From: Balanoglossus misakiensis
Lineage: Eukaryota; Animalia; Hemichordata
NCBI GenBank assembly: GCA_040954595.2
Contig: CM082579.2
Location: forward strand, 16,220,550-16,284,549
Direction of reading: 5' to 3'
DNA: 64,000 bases
Numbering within the stretch: the stretch's first letter is position 1; the number at the start of each line of letters is the position of its first letter. Shown piece after piece: positions 1-12,960 of the stretch. Below the pieces are notes generated by a model that worked only from the letters and a program-made list of their open reading frames with translations, did not search any database and was not told the origin of the DNA. The translations under genes and the position numbers were made by a program.

Positions 1-818
1 TAAGACCCAAAACACCAAAAATTGCCCTAAGAACACAAATTTCACCAACACTTTTCATTACCTACTTGAGTTCCCACATGATAATTCCCACAAAATGTCA
101 CAGCAATATTGCTTCAAAAGTGGTAAAAACACAAGAATGCAAATATCACCAGAATTGTACAATGTCTTACTTCAATCACCATAAGGAATGTGCCTACAAA
201 AATACAAAGCAATCTGTCAAACGGTTTCATAGAAAACAATTTTTTTGCGCAAAATCCCCCAAAATTGCCCCAAGAACACGAATATGGAAATTTCACCAAC
301 AAGGTATGTACGACAGCTTACTTGGGTTATCCCTAGGAACATGCCTACCAAAATCCTAATGATTCTGGACAAGAGGTTTCAGAGAAATGATTTTTTACAA
401 AAAATCATAAAAATTACCCAAAAATTACAAATATGCAAATTATGCAACAAACTGGAAAAAATGACTTAGATTACCTATTGGAAGCTTCATAATAAATTTT
501 AAAGCAATCAACCCATGATTGTTTACAGTCTATAATATAAAAAAAAGACTAAAATCTTCATAAAAATAGAAAATTCATGATATTAACTAAAATTTTGAGG
601 ACTGTATGAGGTTCAGTGGTTGACATAAGGTACATTCATACCAATTTTCAAAGCAATTTGCCCAATAGTTGTTGAGTTTCGGAGTTTTGACCAATTTCAC
701 ATTTTCAAGCTAATTTGCATATTTTTGAGAATGACAACTTCGTTTATATCAAGGTGATATGCCAAGTGGTTTCCAAGTTTTTTTATTTGGATTGACATAC
801 ATACCATGGGACCTAAAC
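1..818 (-). mobile_element. Partial copy (reverse) of the 'ggtcccat...gggacc' Helentron/HINE-like interspersed repeat
   Basis: Ends in taccatgggacctaaa (reverse of the family 5' end at 58291/51697); internal blocks shared with 27760-28330. Confidence 0.55.
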
Positions 819-2012
819 ACAACGTTTCAGTCAACTTTATGAGCGTTGCTACTCTAGTGAAATTCAAGTTGTAATTGCTCGGATAGAAATTTGTCTAGTC
901 ATGCTTTATATGGATAGTTTTGGTTTGCTATGGAACTACTGACTATTTAGCTTGTTGTATGAATACGACTATGAGTAAACATTCATACAAACTCGTTATT
1001 ATGATATAAAAAGCCTAAAAATGCATCTGAAACCCAATTTTTCGCTTACTATGAATATGTGTAATAAAATTGAATCCTTCGTCAATGCTGGCCGGGGTCA
1101 CAAATTATGTCACGGCATGTTTTTTCGTAAACACGATATTAAATTTAATTAAATAGGACCTAATGTACTCACTGAAACGTTCAAGTCGACCAACGATATT
1201 CCATGCACACTGTGTAACATCTTCAGAGGGACTCCAGCATAACATTTGGATTCAAACGCGCACACAAATCATAATATACTATTCTTCGCGTTCAGTGACG
1301 GCATCCATCCCGAATATTCTCGTCAGAGAGATAAAGTCCGCCATGACACCTTGTGACGCAATCGTGTAAAATTCCATTACGTTGGACAACTTCCACTGCC
1401 TGCGCTAGAAATACACAAGAAACTTGAACTGTTCATGATAAAACTTGCACCTGGACCTCTGGCGAATACTTGGAAGCAGTATTTCAGGAATAATATTCCA
1501 TTTTGAGGGCTTCGCGATCCATTCAATCCGACCGATGGAAGTCAGAGATTCAAATCGCCCCGCCATGACACCACGACTATACAGCGCCCCCAAGGCCATG
1601 TTTTGTTTTTTTTGTCAGCTGGCTCCAAGTACGAGTGTTCATTGCAAGCCGTGTAATATATAAGGCCAGATGGCCCAGACTGCTATGAAAGTTTCCCCGG
1701 GCAGTGTATCTAATACAGCGGATGTTATATAGCGATTCCCTTTCGCTACAGTCACGGTGACGAGCAAAGCCATCCTTTCCTTTTAGCCTATAGCGCAGTC
1801 AGCGTGGGAATGGGCGGGGGAACAGACCAGTTCTGGAAAGTAAAACTGTAAAAGTAAAACGTCTTTTCATATTTTAATAGACGAACTCTGCAAAAGTTTT
1901 ATTCCCAAACATGAATTTTGAGATATTTAAAACTTGTATTTGATAGCAATTTAGGCCTACACTGGCCTACAGAATCAACATTTTTTCACACCGAGTAGGC
2001 TCGGATGCGTAA

Positions 2013-2639
2013 GGGAGCATTCGTTTTTTACAGGGAGAGGGGGGGGCGGTGGAAATCAGGGAGGAGGGTTTACTTTTACAAAGCAGTTTTTAGGGGGGGA
2101 CAAATTTTATAATCAAGGGATTATTATATAGGGACTGAAAGGGGGGGACTTGACTGAAACTTTGACGGCTAAATATTTATTTTGAGTCCACAAAAATGCA
2201 GTTTCACGCCCTTTATTTTACAAAATTTTGTAATGTGGGAGGGGGACACCCCCTCCCAAACCCACCCCTTCAATTCTCGGTTTACAATGTCTCCCAACAC
2301 AGAATACAAATACTTAAAAAATAAAAACAGTGTTCAGTTTTGATGATGAGGGGAAACATCGGTTTCAAATTCTTTTCATGGGAGCGCTGTTTTTCTTTTT
2401 TACAAGATATAGAGGTGATGTGTTTTGCTCTGTGAAAGAAACTGGGGGGGGGGGATTTCAAGTTTAATCCGGAGGATAAACTCTTTTTCTTGGGGGGGGG
2501 GGTCACATTTTACAATTGAAGAATTTAGGGGGGGGACACATTTTAGAAAGGTAATTTCGAGGGGGGTTGCCTTTTACATTTAGTCGGCGACTCAAATTCC
2601 ACCGCCCCCCCCCCCTCCCTGTAAAAAACGAATGCTCCC
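2013..2639. mobile_element. PIF/Harbinger (Tourist-like) MITE
   Basis: TIR gggagcattcgttttttacaggga / tccctgtaaaaaacgaatgctccc, flanked by TAA on both sides; interior shared with 4717-5370 and 39576-40337. Confidence 0.8.
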
Positions 2640-2980
2640 TAACATTATGTACCGATCATGCCGATTTTGGAGAGAAAATTGTCCCCAAATGGCAAATATT
2701 TCCCTCAGCCCATAATTGGTGGGATAAATTCGTAGAGTCTGGTCGGAATGTCGGTTGATGAAGAGACGGGAACACGAGTAGAGTAGATTTAAACGCCAAT
2801 GATAGGCCTATGACTTTATTTCAAAAAGGATCAACCGTGGATATACTGGACAAGGCCTGTAGTCCAGGCTGGACCCCACTCTGGAACGAACTCCTTTATT
2901 AGTGTAGAACAGGGTGTAGAATGAACTGAAATGTGTTGGAACCCCCTGACTTTAGGAGCTGAAATCCACTCCTTTGTATA

Positions 2981-3186
2981 TGCTGTAAAAGACAATAAAT
3001 TTTCGCGAAATACGCGCGAGCCAAAATAGCGTGAAAATAAAAAGTCACGTAATTTTTTTGAAGATGACGATGCAGTGAATGAAATAAGAGAACGCGAATA
3101 TTAAAACTCGGGAATTAAAACAGTGGCCTCTCACGATATCGCGAAAATTTCAACTTGCGAAAATAAAGTGTTTAGGCCTAACAGTA
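2981..3186. mobile_element. TA-flanked MITE ('ctgtaaaa...acagta', ttcgcg motifs)
   Basis: Degenerate TIRs; related copy at 47915-48080. Confidence 0.5.
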
Positions 3187-4376
3187 GTCATGGTAGCCTG
3201 AGGTTCTCCCATCCCATTTCCTGTTATATTCTGCAATAATTCGGCATATCAACTCAACTCTAATGTACCAATTTACACAAAGCGTTACATAATAGAGTCA
3301 GTTTGTTGATTTTTTTTATTTCTTTTCGTTAAAATTCAGCAATTGCAGGTTATTAGTTACAATTACTTCATGAAATCTAGAATGGTGCGACCTTTATTAT
3401 CGACCTATTTCGCTCTCATCTGTGTTTTCAAAGATCTTTGAAATTGTCTCTTGTTTACTCAAGTTTCTTGTATACCTCAGATAACAAGTTTGGTTACCCA
3501 GACCCCTCTGCTTCTTCCGCTGCGCTCCCAAAAAAGAGTGCAGCGGAAGAAGCAGACCCACCCGCTTCTTCCGTTGGACACTCCAGAAAGAGGGATTGTC
3601 CCGCAGAATATACCCCACGAGGACGCTGTTGCTGACCTTCGACCCGTAGACTTTGACCCCTTACAGCGTCTTCGTTGTAAACACATTTGAGATGCAGGCT
3701 AGCGAATCTGCCAGTTCGTTTTAATGGCACATTTTTTCTGTCGTCAACTCCAATGTCGCCTTTTCTATGGACGTTACTTGGCAAGTGTTCGTTACACATC
3801 CAGGACAGTGTCAATATTTCTGTGAAAGAATAGCGGAAAACATGCGAAGCCAAGGAGCGAGCAACCAGCTGTTTTCTGCAAGTCATGCCCCCCACACTGT
3901 CCACCATCATTATTCCTATATACATATTTGGCGCAGTGAGTATTGAAACATTACAGTATTTAGTGTGTTTTAAGATATCACAGATAGTTTTCACGACTTA
4001 ATGTGTGGGTAGAATCACATTCGTCGAAATAACGCTGCTGCAGTCCCCTGATTCAGTCCGTAAACAAGGTAAGCTTGAGACATAGACGATCGACAATCAG
4101 TTTCCGCTGTTGATTTCGCCCTATCGCAACTCAGTAACTGGGGCCGAGTGATGCTCCATACATTAAAGTTCATGACTACTGACACCAATTGCAAAATATC
4201 AATGTTAAGGCGTGCTTTCAGAGAATATTCAACCAGAAAACCGACAACAATTGATGACCTCATGTGACCTTTACTGGTTGAATCAGGCGACCACTGCAGT
4301 GTGATTCCAACGTTTATGGGAAGACCACAGGGAGCTCTTCCTCCTAGAAAACGGCGTTTTCTAGGCGTTTTCTTCC

Positions 4377-5801
4377 GTGCTAGAAAACGGCGATCGGTGC
4401 ACGAGTTTTGGTCTACAGACAGAATTTTCTAGTCACTACGCAGTTGGGATAATCGCCAGCATTGCCTATGGCAATGCTAGTGAGCTGTGGTTCTATGGTG
4501 TGGAGGCATCGCCGGTATCGGTAAAGGCCTAGTTACACCATAAGGAGCTGTTAACATTAAGCACTAAAGTCCCTCTTTCTTGAGGAACTTTGCATTAACG
4601 CTGTTCTGATATACTTTTTTCTACAATTAACATTACTTGCTGAACAATCTCTGTACTTGTTTATGTTTCTGTGTTACCCCACACCATAGACGTAAACAGA
4701 GATACATAGACAGTAGGGCTGCATTCACAAACACCTCTGCAGGGGGGGAGAATTGAGGGGGGGATTTGAAAAAAAATTGAGGGTATGTAAGGGGGGAATT
4801 TGAAATAATTTAGGGACTGAAAGGGGCGACTTGAAAACTTTGACGACTAAATATTTATTTTGAGTCCACAAAAATACAGTTTTGCGCCCTTTATTTTACA
4901 AAATTTTCTAATACCCACCCCCTCCATTCATCAACACCTTTCAATCATTGACTGGTTTATCTAGTGTCCCAGGTCAGGGGTCTTGCCCCCACCCAATGAT
5001 AACTTTGAGCGGCGACAGTTAAATTTGTCCTCCCCAACATACCTGTAGTTGAGTTAATTTGCTTTTGCCAGGTTCATTAAAATGCAGCTTTGAGCTCTGT
5101 ATTTTATAAAATCCCCTTCAATTCTCGGTTTTTCAATGTCTCCCAGCACAGAATACAAATACTTAAAAAATAAAAACAAGTTTTTCTTTTTTACAAGATA
5201 GATAGGTGATGTGTTTGGACACAATGGGGGAATTTCAAATTTTTGGCAGTTCGGAAGGGGGGATTTGAAAATATTTCTCGTTGTGTACGGTGGGCATGTG
5301 AAATTTAGCGGTAAAAAAATTGAATTCTCTTGCCCCACCCCCCCCCCCCTCCAGAGGTAAATCTAGAATGCAAGCTATCAAATTTCCAATAAATATGGTT
5401 ATGTAGAGAGAGACTTTGTCCTTTTAATTCAAATTTATTTACACAAAACTTGAGTTTACAAGGAAATATTAAGGAATACTTTATTTGTCGTTTCCCAGGG
5501 TCTGGCCCTTCAGCTATTTCTTAGTTCGGGAAATAACAAATTAACACAATTTTCGTATTTTCAGATGTCAAAATTTATTCAATCTAGGTGAACTGGCAAC
5601 GCGGGGCAACAGCTAGCTCTGCGTACAGGTCTGTGTGTTCCCGGCGTTACACGGCCTCCACGCCAAGAACACTTTACGCAGAGCTGGGCTATACCATAGC
5701 AAGGCTGGCGATTACACCAACTGGTAGTGGTTTTGAGTGGTTTGACTAGAAAATTCTGTCTGTAGACCAAAACTCGTGCACCGATCGTCGTTTTCGAGCA
5801 C
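4377..5801. repeat. ~105-bp inverted repeat pair (4377-4481 / 5695-5801) flanking ~1.2 kb
   Basis: gatcggtgcacgagttttggtctacagacagaattttctagtca and its reverse complement at ~5743-5787. Confidence 0.75.
4717..5372 (+). mobile_element. Harbinger-like MITE, degenerate copy of 39576-40337
   Basis: Begins ggctgcattcacaaacacctctg, collinear with 39576 copy, damaged right TIR. Confidence 0.7.
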
Positions 5802-5939
5802 ACTGCATTTATATTAGACAGCAAATCGCCCCAAAACGTCTCACAACTTGTACAACGGCCCCTTTTTGAACTTTATGCAGCGAGAAAGACATGCTCAGCC
5901 GCCGCCATCTTGATTTACGCGGAAAGGATTCTAAGGGCA

Positions 5940-6100
5940 ATATTAATTCGACACAACGTAAAATAATTCGACACAACACGTGAAATTAATTTGACCAAAC
6001 AGGTGATATTAATTCGACACTACACGTGAAATTAATTCGACACAACACGTAAAATTAATTCGACACTACACCTGTAATTAATTCGATTGTACACGTAAAA
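5940..6100 (+). repeat. Minisatellite, ~21-23-bp unit aattaattcgacacaacacgtgaa
   Basis: About 7 contiguous degenerate units, no unique spacers. Confidence 0.8.
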
Positions 6101-7725
6101 ATTATTTGAGATATTGTTGGCAAAATTATTTCTAACAAAGATAAGCTAAAATAATTATTTAGAACACATAAAATGATTTCTGCATGACTACAAAAGATAA
6201 TTAAAGCACATAAAAAATAATTCTACATACTGGTAAAATTAATTCCAGGCTTTATAAAATTAATTCTAACATGTTTTAGTAATAAACTACAATTTTGACC
6301 AGAACAGCCCCCATAGATACCGGTAGTACATGTTACTTTGGGTGTTTTTCTCAATGTTTATAATGTGTTTTCATTGCCTGTTCTACTTGTGTCTGAACAT
6401 ATTTCAAGCTTCATTAGCTGTACAACTTTTCACTTTGTTTTCAATATTTTTGTTTTAAGTATTTACTGCAGTGTCTTCTTCAGATCCCTGAATCATGATG
6501 AAATATAGGTGTGTCTAGTCAGTATTGTTATTCTAAATTTGAATTCAAGTCTGGACTAGAATTCATTTAAATAGCCGTTACACACATACAGATTATGTTG
6601 ACAAGTGGAGTTCTGGGTAGAGCATATGTTACAGTTAATGTCCCTTTAAATATCACATGCATACATGTGTCTAGTTTTGTACATGCAACTCATATGTATG
6701 TCATATTTATTGATTGACTGTCAAATATCCTCCTGTTGTTTGATTAAATGTAAATATTGTATGTTGTAGAAAGCACAATTCTCCTAGTTCCATAGATATC
6801 AGTGCTCATTTTAAAGCTGAAAGTGACATTTTCAACACTAAATGCAAGGAAATGTAACTAAATATTTTAATTTTGCAGTCAAAATGCAACACAGTCAGCT
6901 CCGAACTGCATTTAAAATCCAAACACATGGTGTTATATTCTTGGTAATAAGCAAAGATCTGTATCCTATCCACAAAGTATATATCATACACACAGTATTA
7001 TCTTAATGCAGTTTATGAAATTGCTAGAAACATTGTAATATTTGGATGATATTTAAAGAAAAGTAATTATATTTATATTAACAGTATGTAAAAGTTACGA
7101 AGATTTAGCGTTGAATGATGATGTGATGTCTGTAAGAGCTGTTCCAATACATGGTGAGTGAATTTCAAAAACCTTTTGTTCAATCAACCTTTCTACTGTC
7201 CTGTGATTCCAAAAGTAATTGAAATATCATTACACATGTATCTGTATATAGTGCAGACTGTAAATAGAGCACACTCTGGAAAAGAGTTATGTAATTAATA
7301 TCTCTATCATGTGAGTGACATCATTTTAAGGGCCACTGACCACCCCACCCATGACAATTTGCTAGGGGGTGCCAACATCTCAACAGGGGGTGAATCCTTC
7401 CAGGCCATGTCTGGGTGATTGATTGATTGATTCATTCATCCATTAAGTCAGTCAGTCAGTCAGTCAGTCATATTAATTAATTCATTAATAATAAACGATA
7501 TAGCTAGCCAAATGTTATAGGAATGGGCTAACACCCTTGTCATATAAACTTTGGCGAAGCGATCCAAAGCTCAGCTAAGGTAGATGGGGGGGGGGGCTGA
7601 ATCACATGCCCCATCATAATGAAAGCTACCAACCCTCTTAGAATGATACTACGGCCTATACGTTGATCACCTGATCGCATCACCCTGTCACACTTGGCAA
7701 TGGGTTACTGTTCATGTATGATAAA

Positions 7726-7840
7726 GGGGTTATTACACTAAGTTTGGTCGATAACGTGATGCATCCTCGTGATGTCCATAATACGGACATCACTCAAATA
7801 TGATGCGTTATCGGCAAAACTTAGTGTAATAACCCTTAAG
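7726..7840. mobile_element. Long-hairpin element end (family of 48101-48245)
   Basis: ggggttattacac...gtgtaataaccc palindrome. Confidence 0.65.
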
Positions 7841-8135
7841 TAACACCCTCTTATTTTAAAGAACACTCATTATGGAAGCCCATTAACCCTTTCACAACCA
7901 AGGTTCAGTCTAAACCCATTGTTATCTATGAAAAGGTTCAACCTGTATAGAAGGAACAGGGGGTGAAAGGGTTAAAGGGACATTGTCTCAGTTTTGTCCT
8001 TTGACTCACTGGCTTTTATTAGAGGTTCCTACCTTTAAATGTTTCATAAAATGTTTAACAAAATCTGTCTACAATCCGAGTAGACATTGTTTACATACAC
8101 CTTTTGTTAAATAATTGTACTGTGTTGTATTTCAG

Positions 8136-8234
8136 ATTTTTGTCAGGAGCAGGTGAGAAATACAGTATGATTTCTGAAGGTCTGAGTACTGCATTGCAGT
8201 TATTTAACGATATGAAGAGTTTACGATATTCAAG
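8136..8234 (+). pseudogene. MED25: MED25 exon, VWA domain ([30 protein letters not shown])
   Basis: ttcag/gtaatt splice sites; matches recalled MED25 [30 protein letters not shown]. Confidence 0.85.
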
Positions 8235-8430
8235 GTAATTATGGTAAAATTCTGAGGTTAAAGATCATTCTCTAGTTATAGCCCCCACTTTTTGAGGTGG
8301 TTTATCTGTATGTAAAGCTCACCATGTCAACCAGGAAATGATTCCATACCGACAGTAAAGTACAACTCACGTGTGAAGTACATTGAAACCTGCCTAGTAA
8401 GGGCACCTCTGGGATCACACAACATGTCCT

Positions 8431-8792
8431 TTAAGGGTTACAGGCTCTCTCTCCCGCTCGCTGCCCCTTATTCCATTAATTATATTTGTTACAAGACACT
8501 ATTTAAGTTATTCTACATGTGGATATATAGTGAATCAACATTCAACCACACACAAAGTATATACTGCTTGTGGACATGAGAGTGAAAAAACTCGCCAAAA
8601 TGAATAATCAGTCTCTACCATTTATTCGTTTTGGGTGAGTTTTTACTCCCATATCATACACGCGGGATGGAAGTTGTGTATGGTTGAACGTTCATTCACT
8701 ACATATACACATGTACATTAACATAAACAGTGTCTTGTATCAAACATTATTAATGGAAAAATGGGCAGCGAGAGAGAGACTTTGTCCCTTTA
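8431..8792. mobile_element. Fold-back MITE, TTAA-flanked (Kolobok-like); second copy 44197-44541
   Basis: Long TIRs ending gagagagactttgtccc; near-palindromic body. Confidence 0.6.
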
Positions 8793-9676
8793 ATAGAGAG
8801 GTGTCCTTAATAGAAATGTGCATGTAATATTCTATTCAAGCCATTACTTTTGTCTTGAACAATCTATCCTTAAAGGGGAAATCCGGTCCAGGTAATTTCT
8901 ACATAATTTGGTAGCTTTGAGGTCACTCTTTCAGAAAAAAAAATATTCGTCATGTATAAGTCGTCAGATTGTTTTACAAAATCGAGGGAAAGTTGGCAGA
9001 ATTTCTAATATGGCGTTTACTGTAATTTGAATCATGGGAAAAAAAGCACCAGGACCAACTTCCACCCACCTTGGTGTGGGTGATACCATTTTCCAATGGG
9101 TGTAACTGCGTGACTGCTTGGGTATCTGTTGCTAAGCAAATATTTGAAATCATAAAATCCAGATTCTAAAGTTCAAAGGACAAATATACAACTTGTTTAC
9201 ATGGCCATTGACAACCAATTCATCATATTGTGGTGATGTAGAACACCTTTTTTGTGGTTGTTAAAATTTTCATTACCCTAAATCGGTACTTCCGTAAAAT
9301 GGTTGTAATATTTTTATTAATATTTATTACACATTATTATTATTCGCTCTTGGTTGGCTAATACTAAATATGCCAGAACTTCATGACCTCTGCACACGAT
9401 CTGAGGCTTACAGAAGTTATTTCGCGAGTGATGCAGTGTATTCTGTTGCAGTACTTGCACAAGCCAAGCCTATTATTCCCCATCATTTCAATGCGTGGCC
9501 AATGAATTACACATCCTCCTGAAAATTGTTGGAAGGTGGGCAATCAGTTTCCATGGTTAAAACCTGGATGAAACACTGGTACAGGTTCAAGACAAGTTTC
9601 GTGACATTGTGTGAATCCACAGCAGAATTTTACATCAACTCTATAATCCTCCATTTTTGTAATGATTGTGTTTCAG

Positions 9677-9862
9677 AAAAATCTGTGTCTAGTGGTGATA
9701 CGAAAGAGGATGCCATAGTGAAACCTACAACCATAGCAACCACTACAACCACTACCACAACACATCCACGGAAACCTGCATCAACAGTTACCATGGTTAC
9801 AGGGCCTACCTCTGGTATGACCTCAAATCCTCTCAAATCAACTGTTGGAAGATCATCTCCAG
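9677..9862 (+). pseudogene. MED25: Thr/Ser/Pro-rich exon, probable MED25 linker
   Basis: tttcag/gtaaag, open frame, lies between recognisable MED25 exons. Confidence 0.5.
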
Positions 9863-10350
9863 GTAAAGTCTCCAGTGTTGCTTCCCAGCCATTGTCAAAT
9901 TAAGTCCGCACATAATTACACCTCCAAGTGAAGTGTGATATATAGTAGAATTATGTAAAGCTGCTCTGCCAAGGTATGTTTATTTCAGGCAGGGGCACCT
10001 CCTGAAAAAAACATCACTTAGCCTCATGAGCTTTAATCAGATGTATCCTAAGTTGTAACAAGTGGGAAGCACTTATAGGCTGACCAAGTCAAATCAAGTT
10101 GCAGGTTTTAATGACTTTCCCAGGCACTGGTTATTTTAATTACCCAAGTTATAATTACTTATCACCCAATACTCATGCAGTCTGATTTACTCTGTCAAAG
10201 TACCCTATGGGATATCCATGACAGATTGCAACAAATCCAGACTTGGTAGTTAAGTGTGGTATACCCATGGTAGCTTACTGTGTATGAAAACCATGAGAAA
10301 GATTACTATGATTCAGTTACGCCATCTTGTATTTGTATATGCCTTGAGTA

Positions 10351-10602
10351 GCATCTGTCACATGTCACCTGGACAACCAAGTCAAATTGGAAGTCAGTCT
10401 CCACAAAAAACTGTCGTCCTCTCAACAGAAACTGACTCAACCAAGTCAGCCCCAGATGCAGGGCCAAGTTCAAAGGACATCAATGCCTTCTGCCCAGCCT
10501 ACCGCTTTTCCAAACCAACCAGTATCCACTGTCACAGCAAGCAGGACACATCCCAATGTGACTGTTTCAAGTATCTCCATGAGACAATTTTCATCCACCC
10601 AG
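10351..10602 (+). pseudogene. MED25: Gln/Pro/Ser-rich exon, probable MED25 linker (5' end uncertain)
   Basis: QQKLTQPSQPQMQGQVQ... ending at cag/gtacac. Confidence 0.4.
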
Positions 10603-11035
10603 GTACACTTGTGGTCTATCTTCTACTTTATGAGATTTAAATTAGCTGTTTCTAGTTACCCATCCTGTGAATTGAAAGCTTTTTTTGACTGTTTCACATA
10701 GCCTTGTCTTACCATTGCCTTTAAAGTAGACTATTTTTTTCAAAACACATTCAAAACTTCTGTTTTGGTTGCTAGAAGCCCACTCTGTCAATGCAAAGAC
10801 TTTTTTGGATAATGCCACAGACTCAGAGATCAATTCCAATTTTAATGAGATTAATGTGAATAGCCTAAACCCAATCCTGTCCAAATGTCGGTGTGTGTGT
10901 GTTGAAAATGGGACTTCAAGAGTTGCAAGTTCAACATCGAATTAAAAATTGGAAGTCATGAATTAAACATGGTGGTTTGAATACTGGCCTTGATAATGCT
11001 CCATACTAACTAGGTTTGTTACTCTTTTTGGACAG

Positions 11036-11216
11036 GCAATTTCACCACCAAAGATGACTTCCCAGCAGGCACCAGATGCTGCACTGAAAGCCGTAGAAGG
11101 TGTCATGCAAATGGCAAATGCTAGTCAGTTCAGTAAGACTCCACCAATTGCTGATGTGAATCCTATCAACTCCAAACCCTAGAGATGGTCAGGTACTGAT
11201 TCACAGCCACAAAGAG
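11036..11216 (+). pseudogene. MED25: MED25 exon (MTSQQAPDAALKAVE) with in-frame TAG at 11180
   Basis: gacag/gtaggt; resembles MED25 AQVAAQNAVEAA segment. Confidence 0.55.
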
Positions 11217-11221
11217 GTAGG

Positions 11222-11386
11222 TACAGTCAAACCTGTCTATACTGGCCAGTCAAGGGACTTTCCTAAACTGGCATTTATAGACAGGTGGCTTCTATAGACG
11301 GGTCAATTAATGTGCAATGTACATGTACATGAATTGAAACAAAGTGGCCACTATATAGTGGTGGAAACAAACACAGATTTGACTGT
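11222..11386. mobile_element. TA-flanked MITE (cagtcaaacc TIR); relatives at 34575-34760 and 35217-35385
   Basis: tacagtcaaacctgt ... acagatttgactgt. Confidence 0.6.
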
Positions 11387-12018
11387 CAAATATGTTATGT
11401 TGCCACTGCAGTCATTTCGATTGGTTTGATTATACTTTGCCAAAACCTGAGGAAAAAAATATTCAAGTTCCCCTTTTCATATTCTCCTATCAATGGTATA
11501 ATACGCCAATGTCATGGTAAAATTTTGGTGACATTTTCTGCTAACTGCTAAAGGCAAATTAACATTTGTTTTTTTTTCAGTATTTTTCACTGAAGGAATT
11601 AACCCTAGTTTCTTGTTCAGCTCTGGATAGCTTTATGAAATGTTCAGTCTTTAGCTTTTCAACAGAACTTGTACATGAGTAATGGGCATTGTGTATATTA
11701 AATGAACTCAGACTAGAATTTATTTTTCAACAATAACAATGTTGAACAATATGTAGAACACGATTGTTTGAAAACCAAACTCTGAGTACCTTGATCGTGC
11801 CATCTGTTCAACCTTGTCATTAGTTCAACCTTCCACTATTCTTTCGATAATTAATTATTCTATAACCTCGAAGTGTTGGACCAGTGCGTGATTGCCTACT
11901 GTGAATTTCCAGCCATTTGTTTCTGGTTGAATTATTGGCGTGATTACGGTAATTCTTAATGTTTTACAGAGTAGAATAAGACATCACGGCTGATATCCAA
12001 AGTTAATGTTGGAGTTAT

Positions 12019-12332
12019 TTAAGCAATAAAACACTCCCAGCCATGGTATATCACGAGATTTTGACCAGTTCATGACATATACGCACGAGTGATAGCGAGT
12101 GCGTATATGGAGTTGAACTGGTCAAAATCGAGTGGTATACCATGGCTGGGGGTGTTTTATTGCTATTATATCATGCCAGTATATTGAAACTTTGCATAAA
12201 ACATTTTAAAAAGGCATTTTCTTTGACTATGATAAATAACTGTGGTATATGACTAATATATCACAGTCACGTGTCGTGTCTCGACCAATAAAATAGCGTG
12301 ATTAACACCATCAATATACTGGTATACTATAA
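12019..12332 (+). mobile_element. Long-hairpin non-autonomous element, family A; reverse copies 13432-13750 and 15616-15934
   Basis: ~150-bp palindrome ttaagcaataaaacac...gtgttttattgct with central gcacgagtgatagcgagtgc. Confidence 0.75.
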
Positions 12333-12366
12333 TAACGATTTAATACTACTCTGTTTACTTATGCAG

Positions 12367-12508
12367 TCATCGATGCAAACAGGAGTGCAGTCAACACAAC
12401 CGACAGTACCTAATGTGAGCTGCTAGCAAGAATCCACCTGTCACCACTGGCACCAATGTTGTTCGAACTCTGACACAGCCACAAGTACATGTACAAAACC
12501 AGTCATTG
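12367..12508 (+). pseudogene. MED25: Low-complexity exon with frameshift/stop, probable MED25 linker
   Basis: atgcag/gtatgt, Q/T/P-rich, frame broken near 12418. Confidence 0.4.
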
Positions 12509-12960
12509 GTATGTTATGTTATGAACTGAGTTATAATACCCATCTATCCCTTTTGCCTGGCAAGTGACATTTTATCACTTTTCAGTATTTTAATAGAACT
12601 GCATTTGTATAATTTGTTACCTAACATGACATCAGAAGATGGCAGCTTGATGTCTTAACTGAGGACATTGGATGACCAGTAGATAAAGATTTTCTTTGAT
12701 ATCAATGACATCAGACGCAGTTCCGTTGGCATTCAAATTTCCAGCTAACGGGGAATTTCAGCAATGTGGTGCAAATGACGACTGTGCAGACGAATGCCAA
12801 GATGCTGTTGAGGCACCATGACTGATACATGTTACCTGTCTGGTGGTTCTAAAGTATAAACACATATGGAAAAATATTATACGGGATACCACAATATTGT
12901 TTTCCCATTACCTGGAAATGACAATGCTTTGTGTCACATGGCCAGATCATGTGATTGATA

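Noticed and set aside
1320-1600. Duplicated gtgtcatggcgg start-like motif on minus strand
   Set aside because: ORFs short and unrecognisable; no supportable gene or promoter
5940-6100. CRISPR-like short repeat array
   Set aside because: Units are contiguous with no unique spacers, no cas genes, eukaryotic context
7085-7152. Possible upstream exon (acag...gtgagt)
   Set aside because: Too short; no similarity to MED25 N-terminal exons recognised
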